A stretch of DNA of 64,000 nt from NCBI GenBank assembly GCA_963666285.1, contig OY762711.1; one strand, given 5' to 3'. This DNA comes from Sedimentisphaerales bacterium (GTDB taxonomy: Bacteria; Planctomycetota; Phycisphaerae; Sedimentisphaerales; SM23-30). The position numbers were made by a program, and so were the translations under genes. How positions within the stretch are numbered: the stretch's first letter is position 1; every line of letters begins with the position of its first letter. The notes under the pieces were generated by a model that saw only the letters and a program-made list of their open reading frames with translations, was not told the DNA's origin and did not search any database. Shown here in pieces: positions 46,996 to 57,739 of this stretch.

Positions 46996-49482
46996 ATGGC
47001 CAAAATCAGCAAAGTAGAGCAAGGGTTATTTGGCCCAATAGAACCGGATAAAAATGTTCGCGGGCAGACTGTGTTGTCATCAGAAGCAAGAATAGTGCGT
47101 GTTGTTCGAGCTGATGGCGGTGATAACAGTTATGATTACGCAGTACCGGAAGAGTTAGCAGATGATCTTGACCTTGGCCAGCGAGTGCAGGTGCCATTTG
47201 GCAAGGGTAATCGATGGCAGGTAGCATTTTGTATAGAATTCCCCGATTCAAGTCAGTTTGAAAAACTCAAATATATTCATTCTCTAATAGATGATTCTCC
47301 TCTTATAACTGAGGAATTGCTGGAGCTTGCTAAATGGATATCCCAGTATTATTGTTATCCATTAGGGCTGGTACTTTCTGCGATTGTTCCGGCGGCAGTA
47401 AAAAAACAGGCCGGTATGGTTAATAATCAGTATATAATTCCTACCGAAAAGTTATTAAATTGGTTTAGTGGTGATGCCGAAGCGCTTACTGATGGTGAGA
47501 CCGGCAAAAAAATTCGGATATCAGCCAAGGGAAAGCGAGCGCTTGAATATCTGAAATCGAACCCGTCAGAAAATAATGAATATAAGCTTAACCAGTTGGT
47601 ACATGCGTCCAACTGTAGCAAGCCGGTATTTCGTACACTGGGTAAATGCGGGCTTTTGGAGTTTGTTACTCGCCGGGAAATGCCATCTGACGAACTAATC
47701 AATTTACAGGAACAGTCTGATGAAGAATTGGATGAGCTTACCCCGCAAAACGGCAACTATGACAGCAGCCCGATATTTGATTTTGACGATGATGCAGATG
47801 TTGAGCCGGATGCAGATGTTGAGCCGGATGCAGAACCGGCATTTCAGCTAAACGAGGATCAGAAAAATGCGGTTGCCGCTATTTGTGACAAGATTGATAA
47901 TTCCGGTTTCAATGCTGTTTTGCTGCATGGTGTGACCGGTTCCGGTAAAACCGAAGTGTATATGGAATGTATACAGAAGGTGGTTGATCGAGATCAGCAG
48001 GCGATAGTTCTTGTCCCGGAAATTGCTCTTACGCCGCAAACAGAGCGTCGTTTTATCGAGCGGTTTGGTAACGTTTCGGTACTGCATTCCGGCATGACCG
48101 GTGTTAGACGGCATCAGCAATGGCGACAGATAGCAGAAGGTAAAGCAAATGTTATTGTAGGTGCCCGTTCGGCGGTTTTTGCCCCGGTGCCGAATCTTGG
48201 CCTGATTGTAGTAGATGAGGAACATGAGGGGAGTTATAAGCAGGATCAGTCACCGCGTTATCATGGCCGTGACGTAGCAATTAAACGAGCACATCAATCG
48301 AATATAACCATAATACTTGGTTCGGCAACGCCGTCGCTGGAGACATTGACAAATTGCGAGCGTCGTAATGGGTTCAGTTGTGTGACGCTGCCGAGGCGGG
48401 TTAAAGATTTACCGATGCCCAAGGTTCAGATTATCGATCTAAAAGAAGAGTTTAAGCAGGGCAGGCGAGACAATATTCTCAGTAAGCGACTGGAAAATGA
48501 GTTGCGTGCATGTATTGCTGCCGGTAAACAGGCTATATTGCTGCTGAATCGTCGCGGTCATAGCAACCTGTTGTATTGCCCATCATGTCAGTATGTGCAT
48601 AATTGCCCTAATTGTGATGTTTCACTAAGTGTTCATCGCCGCAAGAGTGCAGATCAGGTAGTGGGGCGGATGCTGTTATGTCACCATTGCCTGCATACGA
48701 CTAAGGTGCCGGATTGCTGCCCGGTATGCCAGAAGAAACTGATTACAATCGGGCCTGGTACTCAGTATGCCGAGGATCAGATAACCGATCAGTTAAATGG
48801 GCTGCGGCTGCAGCGTGTTGATAGTGATTCAATGAAGCCGGGTGATTATCGTCAGGTACTCAATAAATTCGGTAAAGGTGAGATTGATGTTTTGCTGGGT
48901 ACGCAGATGATTGCAAAGGGCCTGGATTTTCCAAATGTATCTCTTGTTGGCATACTAAATGCAGATACAGCTTTGTCTGTGCCGGATTATCGCAGCAGTG
49001 AAAGGACCTATCAACTTATCAGCCAGGTAGCGGGGCGCTGCGGCCGAGCAGATAATACCGGCAGGGTAATTCTGCAAACCTTTTTGCCGGATGAACCTGC
49101 TATTGCTTATGCCGCTCGCCATGATTTTAATGGTTTTGCCAGGCTGGAAAAACAGAATCGCAAACAGCTCGACATGCCGCCATATAGTCGGATGGCACGA
49201 ATTATTATGTCTGATCCTCTGCTGCAGACAGTTGAAGCAGAGGCTCAAAAAATCCGGATGATACTCGACCAGATTAATAACCAGCTACAGAATAAAATGG
49301 AGATTCGCGGACCGATGCCGGCAGCAATTGCCAGGCTGGAGAAATATCATCGATTTGAACTAATTATCAAGGCATCAGGCCCGGCCCCAATTCAGCAGAC
49401 ATTGTCAATGCTTCGTCAGGGGGCAATAGAGAACACCGCCTGTCGGATTGTTGTCGACGTTGATCCTATCAATATGATGTAA
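46996..49482 (+). CDS. priA: Primosomal protein N' (replication restart helicase)
   Basis: GVTGSGKTE, DEEH, Cys cluster, GTQMIAKGLDFP, VDVDP. Confidence 0.97.
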   Translation: MAKISKVEQGLFGPIEPDKNVRGQTVLSSEARIVRVVRADGGDNSYDYAVPEELADDLDLGQRVQVPFGKGNRWQVAFCIEFPDSSQFEKLKYIHSLIDDSPLITEELLELAKWISQYYCYPLGLVLSAIVPAAVKKQAGMVNNQYIIPTEKLLNWFSGDAEALTDGETGKKIRISAKGKRALEYLKSNPSENNEYKLNQLVHASNCSKPVFRTLGKCGLLEFVTRREMPSDELINLQEQSDEELDELTPQNGNYDSSPIFDFDDDADVEPDADVEPDAEPAFQLNEDQKNAVAAICDKIDNSGFNAVLLHGVTGSGKTEVYMECIQKVVDRDQQAIVLVPEIALTPQTERRFIERFGNVSVLHSGMTGVRRHQQWRQIAEGKANVIVGARSAVFAPVPNLGLIVVDEEHEGSYKQDQSPRYHGRDVAIKRAHQSNITIILGSATPSLETLTNCERRNGFSCVTLPRRVKDLPMPKVQIIDLKEEFKQGRRDNILSKRLENELRACIAAGKQAILLLNRRGHSNLLYCPSCQYVHNCPNCDVSLSVHRRKSADQVVGRMLLCHHCLHTTKVPDCCPVCQKKLITIGPGTQYAEDQITDQLNGLRLQRVDSDSMKPGDYRQVLNKFGKGEIDVLLGTQMIAKGLDFPNVSLVGILNADTALSVPDYRSSERTYQLISQVAGRCGRADNTGRVILQTFLPDEPAIAYAARHDFNGFARLEKQNRKQLDMPPYSRMARIIMSDPLLQTVEAEAQKIRMILDQINNQLQNKMEIRGPMPAAIARLEKYHRFELIIKASGPAPIQQTLSMLRQGAIENTACRIVVDVDPINMM
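47791..47834 (+). repeat. 18-bp in-frame tandem repeat in priA (DADVEP, ~2.4 copies)
   Basis: GATGCAGATGTTGAGCCG x2 plus GATGCAGA. Confidence 0.9.
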
Positions 49483-49569
49483 TCAGGCTTTGTCAGGCAT
49501 GGAAGAAATATTACTATTCAAATCAGGCAATAATTATATGCTGATATTCAATTCTCGATCATTTAATTA

Positions 49570-51387
49570 GAGTCTGTCCGTAGTTGTAAGTTTATTTTTT
49601 TGAGATAGTTACGCTGTAATTTTAGAATTATAGGGGGCGTTTTTGTTGAAAAGCAATAAAATAGGTGTGTTATAAAATGGTCTTGCAAATCATTTTACCT
49701 TAAAAAAGGAGCCACACCTATGTTAGAGATTTTACCAGTTCAGCAGTTATTTGACAAAGATATTCCACTGGAATTTGGCAATTTTGAATATCGTCAGGAA
49801 CGCCAGTTCCTGATCGACATTGATCGGATAGTTGAAGCCGGCGGTATTGAGACTTTATTCATCCAGTATTTTCTCAATAGATCCTATGTTGAAAAGACCA
49901 TAGAATATTTTGGTACCGGCAAAGCTGTCAGGTTAACGCATTACGATCGTCTTAATATCCATATTGAAGCTATTATGGCATTGAGGATATCCATTCTTCG
50001 CAAGCGTCTAAACTTATCTTTGCGTAAATTTTCTTTGGCATTATCGCATAGTGACCTCTATCAATGGTTTTGCGGCATAAATCGCTTTGAAGTCCCTCGA
50101 ATACCCGGTAAAACCCGTATAAATGATCTGGAAAATGCCATATCTCCTTATTTGATCGACCAGGTAGAAAGAATGCTATTTGCAGAGGTACAGAATGATT
50201 CAATTATATTGGAACCTTTGGATTTTAGTCAGGCATATTTCGACTGCACCTGCATAGACGCTAACATACACTATCCGGTAGATTGGTTATTATTAAGAGA
50301 TTCTACTCGTACATTGATGAAAGCTGTAGCTCGTATTCGCAAAGCTGGTATATTATGTCGCATGCCCTTTGAGCCATCTGGATTTATCTCGAAGATGAAT
50401 AAGCTTTGCATGGAAATGACATTTGCTCAACGTATAAAAGGGGCTAAAAAGCAGCGTAAGAATATTTTAAGGAAGATGAAACGTCTGGTTAGACGTGTAT
50501 CAAAACATTCGAATAATCACTTGGAAAAGCTGGAAAACAACTGGAAAACGGCAGATATTACCTTTGGTAATGTTCAGCAGATAATCAAACAGATTACCGG
50601 AGTTATAAGTAAACTTGCTGATGCAGTAAAACAAGCTCATGAACGCATAATCGGAAACCGCAGGGTTGACAATAAAGATAAGATATTGAGTATATACGAA
50701 CCTGATGTCAATGTGATAGTTCGCCGCAAATCCGGAGCTGAGACTGAGTTTGGCAATAAGCTGTATCTAGCAGAACAACCTGACGGTTTGATCGTCGCCT
50801 GGAAGTATTATCGCGATCAGACACCTGCCGATAAAACAATGCTTGAGTCTGGTCATAAACGTATTAAGGATAAGCTTGGCTGTAAAGTCAATCTGCTGGC
50901 AGGTGACCGTGGTTTTGATAGTGCAAAGAATCGCCAATACATGAAGAAAAATGACATATTCAATGCGGTTTGTCCATGTGATCCGGCATTGCTGGCAGAA
51001 AGGCTTCAGGAAGATGCTTTCAGGCAGGCTCAAATAAGACGCAGTCAGACAGAAGCAAGAATCAGTATTTTGAGTAATTGTTTTTGTGGTTCGCCTATGA
51101 AACAGAAGGGTTTTGATAACCGTGAAGTCCACATGGGATTAAGTATCTTGTCTCATAATCTCTGGGTTCTGGCCAGAATAAAACTTGCCCAGGAAAAAGA
51201 ACGGGGAAAAGTGGCTTAAACTGGATTCTATTTGATAATTCCATAGAAATACTGCGCGCTGAAACCGACAAATCTGTCAAGTACACCAGCAAAATACACA
51301 TTGCCTGTGTAATTACAGCCAAAAACATCACCGGAAACCATGCCGAAAATACTATCTATTCAAAAATCATAATTTGCGGACAAGCTC
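49570..51387 (+). mobile_element. Insertion sequence (~1.8 kb, IS5/ISNCY-like)
   Basis: Imperfect TIRs GAGTCTGTCCGTA / GAGCTTGTCCGCA (10/13); TAATTA on both sides (49564-49569, 51388-51393). Confidence 0.85.
49720..51219 (+). CDS. DDE transposase
   Basis: FDCTCIDANIHYPVD, KILSIYEP, EFGNK, GDRGF, RSQTEARI. Confidence 0.9.
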   Translation: MLEILPVQQLFDKDIPLEFGNFEYRQERQFLIDIDRIVEAGGIETLFIQYFLNRSYVEKTIEYFGTGKAVRLTHYDRLNIHIEAIMALRISILRKRLNLSLRKFSLALSHSDLYQWFCGINRFEVPRIPGKTRINDLENAISPYLIDQVERMLFAEVQNDSIILEPLDFSQAYFDCTCIDANIHYPVDWLLLRDSTRTLMKAVARIRKAGILCRMPFEPSGFISKMNKLCMEMTFAQRIKGAKKQRKNILRKMKRLVRRVSKHSNNHLEKLENNWKTADITFGNVQQIIKQITGVISKLADAVKQAHERIIGNRRVDNKDKILSIYEPDVNVIVRRKSGAETEFGNKLYLAEQPDGLIVAWKYYRDQTPADKTMLESGHKRIKDKLGCKVNLLAGDRGFDSAKNRQYMKKNDIFNAVCPCDPALLAERLQEDAFRQAQIRRSQTEARISILSNCFCGSPMKQKGFDNREVHMGLSILSHNLWVLARIKLAQEKERGKVA

Positions 51388-51601
51388 TAATTATAACATT
51401 TCCCATAGGATAAGTTAACTTTTCTTTAACATCTGATTCCCTGTCTATTTTACACATTTTGCATGTATGCAAGGTTGTGGTCCAATAATATTTGTTATAT
51501 CAGTAATTGTCAATATATCTTAACATTTTTATTTTAATGTTAGTTAAAATTTTGTCGATAAGTCAGGTAAGAAGGGTGTATATATATTAAAATTTATTTA
51601 T

Positions 51602-53161
51602 ATGCGCATGAAAAAGTATAAGTCTAAAGGTTTTGCATCAATTGCAGCATTGATACTAGTAGTTATTTTTACGATACTTGCCTGCGAATTTCTCATTTCA
51701 AGCAGAATAAGCATGGAGACAGCTGTTAATCATCGCAATATGTCCAGTGCCCAGGCTGCGGCAGAGTCTGGACTGAACTATGCACATTTCCTTATATGTG
51801 ATTATCTCAATATGTCTGCCGTCAAAACGTTTAATCAGACCTTATCTTATGTAGATAGTAATAATGCATTTGAAGCCCTAGCAGATTATTTACAAACAAA
51901 AATGACCTATTCGCCTTTGCTGGATACTAAAACCATTGATCCACTAGGTGAATTCCAGGATCAATATGGTTATGGCATGCAAATAATAATTCCAGCAATA
52001 ACTTTTTTGGGTGACGAAGATTATTCCAGTTCACCATCCAGTTTTAGTCTCAAGTTTAGACTTTATGCATTAGATATGCAGAACCTGGTAATTATGAGTA
52101 CCGGTCAGTCAGAAGACCTTACAAGAACAGTAGAGGTGAGCTACTCGATGTCCAGAGACCAGAGTATTCTCGATTATACTATTGCCAGCCGCAGCAGGAT
52201 AATTATTACCGGAGATTCCACAATCGAAGGCGGCATTTTTTCTGAGTGGGAAGACCATAACCTGGCAGCGCCGATATCGCTTGCCGGAGACTCTACAATT
52301 AATGGTGATATAAACACTATTCTTTCAGAGACTAATTATGACCAAAGTGTTCTTCAGGGAGCATTTGAAGAGATAATCTACGATCAGCCAAAGATCGTCT
52401 GGCCGACAATAGATGATTTTGATACCAGCTGGTATGAGGATCAGACTAGTACACTTTCCGTTGGATTGAAGTCTTATAAGACAAAGGAATATTATCCGCA
52501 TGCTCCGGGTGATTATACTTTACCTTATGATGCTTCCAGTGCAGAATTGAATCGCACAGTTTATGAAAATAAGGTATTAGATGATATTCTTTTGCCTAGC
52601 GGGAGCAATGCATTGTTTATAAATTGTACTTTTAAGGGTGTAATGTTTGTCAAGGGCGGTATTGGAGTGAATAATATCCGCTTTGAAGATTGCACCTTTG
52701 AAGGTGTTATTGCAACGGGTGAAACACCCAAATTCGATGAAGAGACCTGGAAAAAGAATCTTCTATACTTTACGGGCAGTACTATGTTTAGCAATCAATT
52801 TATGGAAGATATAACTATTCTGGCGCCGAATTATAATATCAATATTGGCAATACTCATGTAGAAGAAGACGGCTCGTCAACCACTATCACAGGAATGGTA
52901 CTGGGTGGTGTGGTTGACCTTAGAGGCAATATTAACCTGCAGGGAACCATAATATCAATGGGTGAAGTATCTGAAGAATTATTTGGCTCAGATGCTGACC
53001 AGGTTGCAACTAATATTGGTTTTTCAGATGAGAGTCCGGAAGCCGGCGGAGATCCAGCAGGAACTATTGATGTTATTCCTCCGGAAAATAACAATCTGCC
53101 TATTGGTTTTGCTACGAGGATAATGTTTAATAGAGAAGCGAATAGTTATGTAGAGCGCTAA
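51602..53161 (+). CDS. PilX N-terminal domain protein
   Basis: KGFA followed by a TM helix, then AQAAAESGL. Confidence 0.75.
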   Translation: MRMKKYKSKGFASIAALILVVIFTILACEFLISSRISMETAVNHRNMSSAQAAAESGLNYAHFLICDYLNMSAVKTFNQTLSYVDSNNAFEALADYLQTKMTYSPLLDTKTIDPLGEFQDQYGYGMQIIIPAITFLGDEDYSSSPSSFSLKFRLYALDMQNLVIMSTGQSEDLTRTVEVSYSMSRDQSILDYTIASRSRIIITGDSTIEGGIFSEWEDHNLAAPISLAGDSTINGDINTILSETNYDQSVLQGAFEEIIYDQPKIVWPTIDDFDTSWYEDQTSTLSVGLKSYKTKEYYPHAPGDYTLPYDASSAELNRTVYENKVLDDILLPSGSNALFINCTFKGVMFVKGGIGVNNIRFEDCTFEGVIATGETPKFDEETWKKNLLYFTGSTMFSNQFMEDITILAPNYNINIGNTHVEEDGSSTTITGMVLGGVVDLRGNINLQGTIISMGEVSEELFGSDADQVATNIGFSDESPEAGGDPAGTIDVIPPENNNLPIGFATRIMFNREANSYVER

Positions 53162-53163
53162 AG

Positions 53164-53898
53164 CTAAATACTTTTTATCAATTCCGGCAGTTCAGAGAGA
53201 TGATTGACTTTTAGTGTGTCAGCGGGAAACTTTTTGTGGTGGTTTGTTATACCAAGTTTGATGATACCCTTCATGTCTAACTGTGCCGGCCCTTGTACGT
53301 CTTCTTTATATCTGTCGCCGACCATTACAGTCTCGCTACCTTCCAGGTTGAGTGCCTGCAGTGCTTTTTCGTAAATCCGTACATCTGGTTTGCGGCATAT
53401 GGTATCGCAAGAGTAAATCCTGACGTCAAAGAGTTCGGTCAGGTTATATTCGTCAAGATGGTCTTCCAGTATTTTCCCAGGTACAAAAGTGTTTGAAATA
53501 ATTCCAAGTTTTAGCCCCAGTTCGTTTTTCAGCGTAAGCATTGTATTTCTGATGTCAGGCTCAACAGTTGCAGCATTTCTAAGCGGTTCATACCATTTGC
53601 CACAGAGTCTCATGAGCTGCTTGGGGCCGAGTGTAACTCCCAGTCTCCATGCTTTTCGCCTAAGAATTCTGGGGCAGTCAAATTCTTTCATTGTAAAATG
53701 TGCAAATGCGTAATGCATTCTGATACTTAGGCTATGGCTGAACCAATACCAGATATATGGACATGGGCTATGGCCGCCGTTATAACGTTTCAGCAGCTCA
53801 AAGCTTGATTTGGCGCCGTCTTCAAATATTTTACCGGAATTAAATCTTCCATAGTTGAAAACTGTGTCGCCCAGGTCAAATATTGCAGCTTTAATCAA
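53164..53898 (-). CDS. HAD family hydrolase
   Basis: FDLGDT, IISN, KPD, MVGD...D. Confidence 0.9.
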   Translation of the reverse strand: MIKAAIFDLGDTVFNYGRFNSGKIFEDGAKSSFELLKRYNGGHSPCPYIWYWFSHSLSIRMHYAFAHFTMKEFDCPRILRRKAWRLGVTLGPKQLMRLCGKWYEPLRNAATVEPDIRNTMLTLKNELGLKLGIISNTFVPGKILEDHLDEYNLTELFDVRIYSCDTICRKPDVRIYEKALQALNLEGSETVMVGDRYKEDVQGPAQLDMKGIIKLGITNHHKKFPADTLKVNHLSELPELIKSI

Positions 53899-54055
53899 AA
53901 TAGTAATAAGTTTAGCTGTAAGTAAATATTCTAAGTATAAATAAAAAACGTGAGTCCCGATAAGTAGACGGGACGTACACGTTATTTATTTTTCCAGTTT
54001 TTAACTTGTTAGTGCGGTAAGGGTGTCTTCTATAAAGACTGATTTAGCTTAGTCT

Positions 54056-55852
54056 CTAAGCTTTTGGCCCTTTCTGGACAATGCTGATATGCAATTCGTC
54101 CAGCTGTTTCTGCTCTACGCCGGCAGGAGCATCAGTCATAAGGCACTGGCCTCTTTGGGTCTTCGGAAACGCGATAACGTCACGAATGTTATCTGTCCCG
54201 CAGAGCAGCATAGTAACGCGGTCAAGCCCCCATGCGATACCGCCATGAGGAGGAGCGCCATATTTCAGAGCGTCCAGGAAGAAGCCAAATCGTTCTTTAG
54301 CCATTTCGTCAGTTATTCCTAGCAACTTAAATACTTTTGCCTGAACTTCCGGCTGATGTATACGAATAGAGCCGCCGGCAACTTCGTTACCGTTCAGTAC
54401 CAGGTCATAAGCCTGTGAGTTTATGTTGCCCGGGTCTGTATCAAGTTTTTCCAGGTCTTCTGCGGTAGGTGCGGTAAATGGATGATGCAGGCAGTCCCAT
54501 CGTTTTTCGTCTTCATTCCAGGCGAATGCCGGGAAGTCAACAACCCAGACAAACTGGTAATCATCCTGGCGTGCAAGGCCAAGGTCTTCACCGAGTTTAC
54601 ATCGCAGGGCAGCAAGAGCTTTGTTTGTAGTATCTTCGGTATCAGCAACCATAAGTATCAGATCATTTGGTTTTGCTCCGAATTTTTCAATAATCGCTTG
54701 TTTTTGCTCATCAGAGAAGAACTTAGCAATGCTGCTGTTTAGCTCGGCACCGGTCTTAGTATCGGCTTCCACTACCTTAAACCATGCCAGGCCCTTTGCA
54801 CCATAGTTACCGACAAAATCAGTAAGAGTTTTTTCGATATCACTTCTAGAATAAGATGCGGCACCTTCTGCACACAGCCCTTTTATGATTCCACCGTTTT
54901 TGGCAACTGATGCAAATACTTTAAACTCGCTTTCGGCTCCAATATCGGTAATGTTTTGCAGTTTCATGTCGAAACGCAGATCAGGCCGGTCTATTCCGTA
55001 ATCGTCCATGCATTCCTTAAAGCTCATTCGTCGAATAGGAGTTGGAATGTGGACGCCCAGTACCTCTTTGAAGACTTCTGTAAAGCACTTTTCGGTAATA
55101 TCCATGACATCGTCCTGGTCAACAAAGCTCATTTCAACGTCAACCTGAGTAAATTCAGCCTGACGGTCAGCACGCGGATCTTCATCACGGAAACAGCGGG
55201 CAATCTGGAAATATTTGTCCATGCCGGCAACCATTAGCACCTGTTTGAATAGCTGAGGTGATTGCGGCAGGGCGTAGAATGCACCTTCTGTCAGTCGGCT
55301 AGGTACCAGGTAATCGCGAGCACCTTCCGGGGTGCTTTTGCCAAGAATCGGAGTTTCGATTTCAAAGAAACCATTATCCTGTTTCAACTGCCGAACAATT
55401 CTTGTAACCTGATTGCGAACACGCATAATTTCTTTCATGCGATCACGACGCAGGTCGATGTATCGGTATTTTAATCGAGTTTCTTCGTTAACTTTATCAG
55501 CATTATCAATTTCAAAAGGAGGAGTTACTGCTTTATTTAGAACTTCAAGTGCGGATACTTCTATTTCTATTTCACCGGTTACAAGTTTTGGGTTAGCCAG
55601 TCCTTCACCTCTGGCAATGACCTTGCCTTTGACCGCGATTACCCATTCATCACGAATTGTGCGAGCTAGTTCGTGTATGTCTGGGCAAGTTTCAGGATGA
55701 AAAACAACCTGGGTAATACCTTCTCGGTCGCGAAGGTCAATGAAGACTACTCCACCGTGATCACGATATGAGCGCACCCAACCGTTCAGAATAACATCTT
55801 CGCCTATATTTGTATGCCGAAGCTCTCCGCAGTTATGAGTCCTTTTAAGCAT
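54056..55852 (-). CDS. aspS: Aspartate--tRNA ligase
   Basis: RTHNCGEL, LPQSPQLFKQ, CFRDED, GAPPHGG. Confidence 0.98.
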   Translation of the reverse strand: MLKRTHNCGELRHTNIGEDVILNGWVRSYRDHGGVVFIDLRDREGITQVVFHPETCPDIHELARTIRDEWVIAVKGKVIARGEGLANPKLVTGEIEIEVSALEVLNKAVTPPFEIDNADKVNEETRLKYRYIDLRRDRMKEIMRVRNQVTRIVRQLKQDNGFFEIETPILGKSTPEGARDYLVPSRLTEGAFYALPQSPQLFKQVLMVAGMDKYFQIARCFRDEDPRADRQAEFTQVDVEMSFVDQDDVMDITEKCFTEVFKEVLGVHIPTPIRRMSFKECMDDYGIDRPDLRFDMKLQNITDIGAESEFKVFASVAKNGGIIKGLCAEGAASYSRSDIEKTLTDFVGNYGAKGLAWFKVVEADTKTGAELNSSIAKFFSDEQKQAIIEKFGAKPNDLILMVADTEDTTNKALAALRCKLGEDLGLARQDDYQFVWVVDFPAFAWNEDEKRWDCLHHPFTAPTAEDLEKLDTDPGNINSQAYDLVLNGNEVAGGSIRIHQPEVQAKVFKLLGITDEMAKERFGFFLDALKYGAPPHGGIAWGLDRVTMLLCGTDNIRDVIAFPKTQRGQCLMTDAPAGVEQKQLDELHISIVQKGPKA

Positions 55853-56301
55853 GATAATTAGATATCCTTTTGTTTGTTACATAAGTTTATAAATAGCATA
55901 GTCTTACACCTTGTAGCGGCAGTTGTTCTGTCGATATGGGTATAGAGCCATAATTATAACTCTAAAGTCCCTTCAGGTCAATAACTTGCCATAATGGTGA
56001 TTTTGATTCATGGCATAAATAATTATATGATAAATGGATTTACCGACAATTTTTAAAGTGTTTAGCACCATAAATATATATTTTTACCTCAGAATGGCGA
56101 TGTAATTGCCGATTATAAATAGCGTTAGCACCTGTATATACGTTGTTAACTGCGAAGTAGACAGGTGATAATAAGGTAATTGATATTTTAAGTGTATATT
56201 ATAGCAAATCTTATCAATTATTCTTGAGATCTATAGTTGACTATATTACAATTATTGTTCACTATAAGGCAGTAGTTAGGTTTTAATATAAGGAATAAGC
56301 T

Positions 56302-57612
56302 ATGAAGGTATCAGTAGTAGGCGTAGGTTATGTGGGTTTGGTAGCAGCAGCTTGTCTTGCAGATGGTGGAAACCATGTCATATGCGTTGATAAAGATCAA
56401 AAGAAGATTGATAATCTGCTTCAGGGCATAATACCCATATATGAACCAGGACTTACTGAAGTTGTGAAAAGAAATGTCGAAGCCGGTCGTTTGCGATTTA
56501 CCACAGATTTAAACGAAGGTGTTGACAATTCTTTACTGGTTTTCCTGGCAGTGGGCACACCATCAGCGGATGATGGTTCGGCTGACATTTCAGCGGTACT
56601 GAATGTTGCAGAAGAGGTTGCCAAGTGCATGGACGGTTATCGTATTATCGTAACCAAGAGTACTGTTCCTGTTGGTACACATCGTAAAGTATCTGACGTA
56701 ATGCTTAAGCATACAAGTCAGCCATTTGATTATGTAAGCAATCCTGAATTTCTTAAGGAAGGTACTGCGGTTGATGATTTTATGAAGCCAGACAGGGTAA
56801 TTATTGGTACTACCAATCCTGCTGTAATGGAGATAATGAAACAACTATATTCGCCTTTCATGCGTAAAAATTCTCGCATGCTGTTTATGGACCCAGCATC
56901 AGCCGAAATGGCCAAATATGCTGCAAATTCTATGCTGGCTACCCGTATTTCATTTATGAATGAAATATCACAGCTATGTGATAAATTTGGTGCTGATGTT
57001 GAGATGGTTCGCCGAGGAGTAGGCAGTGACAATCGAATTGGAAACTCTTTTCTGTTTCCATCTGTTGGCTACGGTGGAAGCTGTTTTCCAAAGGATGTTA
57101 AGGCATTAATCTTTATGGGTAGTGAGCAGGGAATGGATATGACTATTGCCAGGTCTGTTCAGGAAGCAAACTATCGCCAGCAGGATGTTTTTGCTGATAA
57201 AATTTTGAATTACTTTGCAGGGAAAAGTGACGATGTTACACTGGCTGTCTGGGGATTGGCGTTTAAGGCTAAGACCGATGATGTACGTGAATCGCCGGCA
57301 CTAAGATGTATCAGGAAATTTATAGATAATGGCGGTTTCAAGGTTAAGGCATATGACCCAGAAGCTGCGAGTAATGCATTTGCGGAACTTGACGGCAAGA
57401 TAGAAATAAGTGATGATAGTTACGGCATAATTGATGGTGCCGATGCGCTGGTGATATTTACCGAATGGCAGGAATTTCGCAATCCTGATTTTGAGGATAT
57501 TGCCAAGCGGCTTAAGAATCCGGTTTTATTTGACGGTCGTAACCTTTACGATCCGCAGTTTATCAAGAAGCAGGGTATTGAGTATCATTGTATTGGAAGA
57601 CCAACTGCTTAA
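56302..57612 (+). CDS. ugd: UDP-glucose 6-dehydrogenase family protein
   Basis: GVGYVG, KSTVPVGT, SNPEFLKEG, GYGGSCFPKD. Confidence 0.93.
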   Translation: MKVSVVGVGYVGLVAAACLADGGNHVICVDKDQKKIDNLLQGIIPIYEPGLTEVVKRNVEAGRLRFTTDLNEGVDNSLLVFLAVGTPSADDGSADISAVLNVAEEVAKCMDGYRIIVTKSTVPVGTHRKVSDVMLKHTSQPFDYVSNPEFLKEGTAVDDFMKPDRVIIGTTNPAVMEIMKQLYSPFMRKNSRMLFMDPASAEMAKYAANSMLATRISFMNEISQLCDKFGADVEMVRRGVGSDNRIGNSFLFPSVGYGGSCFPKDVKALIFMGSEQGMDMTIARSVQEANYRQQDVFADKILNYFAGKSDDVTLAVWGLAFKAKTDDVRESPALRCIRKFIDNGGFKVKAYDPEAASNAFAELDGKIEISDDSYGIIDGADALVIFTEWQEFRNPDFEDIAKRLKNPVLFDGRNLYDPQFIKKQGIEYHCIGRPTA

Positions 57613-57634
57613 AAAACTATGAACTAGTTATTAT

Positions 57635-57678
57635 AAAAGACCTGGCAATCCTAATATCAGGATTATCCAGGTCTTTTT
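57635..57678. terminator. Bidirectional terminator
   Basis: AAAAGACCTGG...CCAGGTCTTTT. Confidence 0.8.
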
Positions 57679-57739
57679 ATTTTTCGACATGAAATAGCAT
57701 AGCTGATACAAGTTATAGCTATTATTTCTAATTCCTGTT

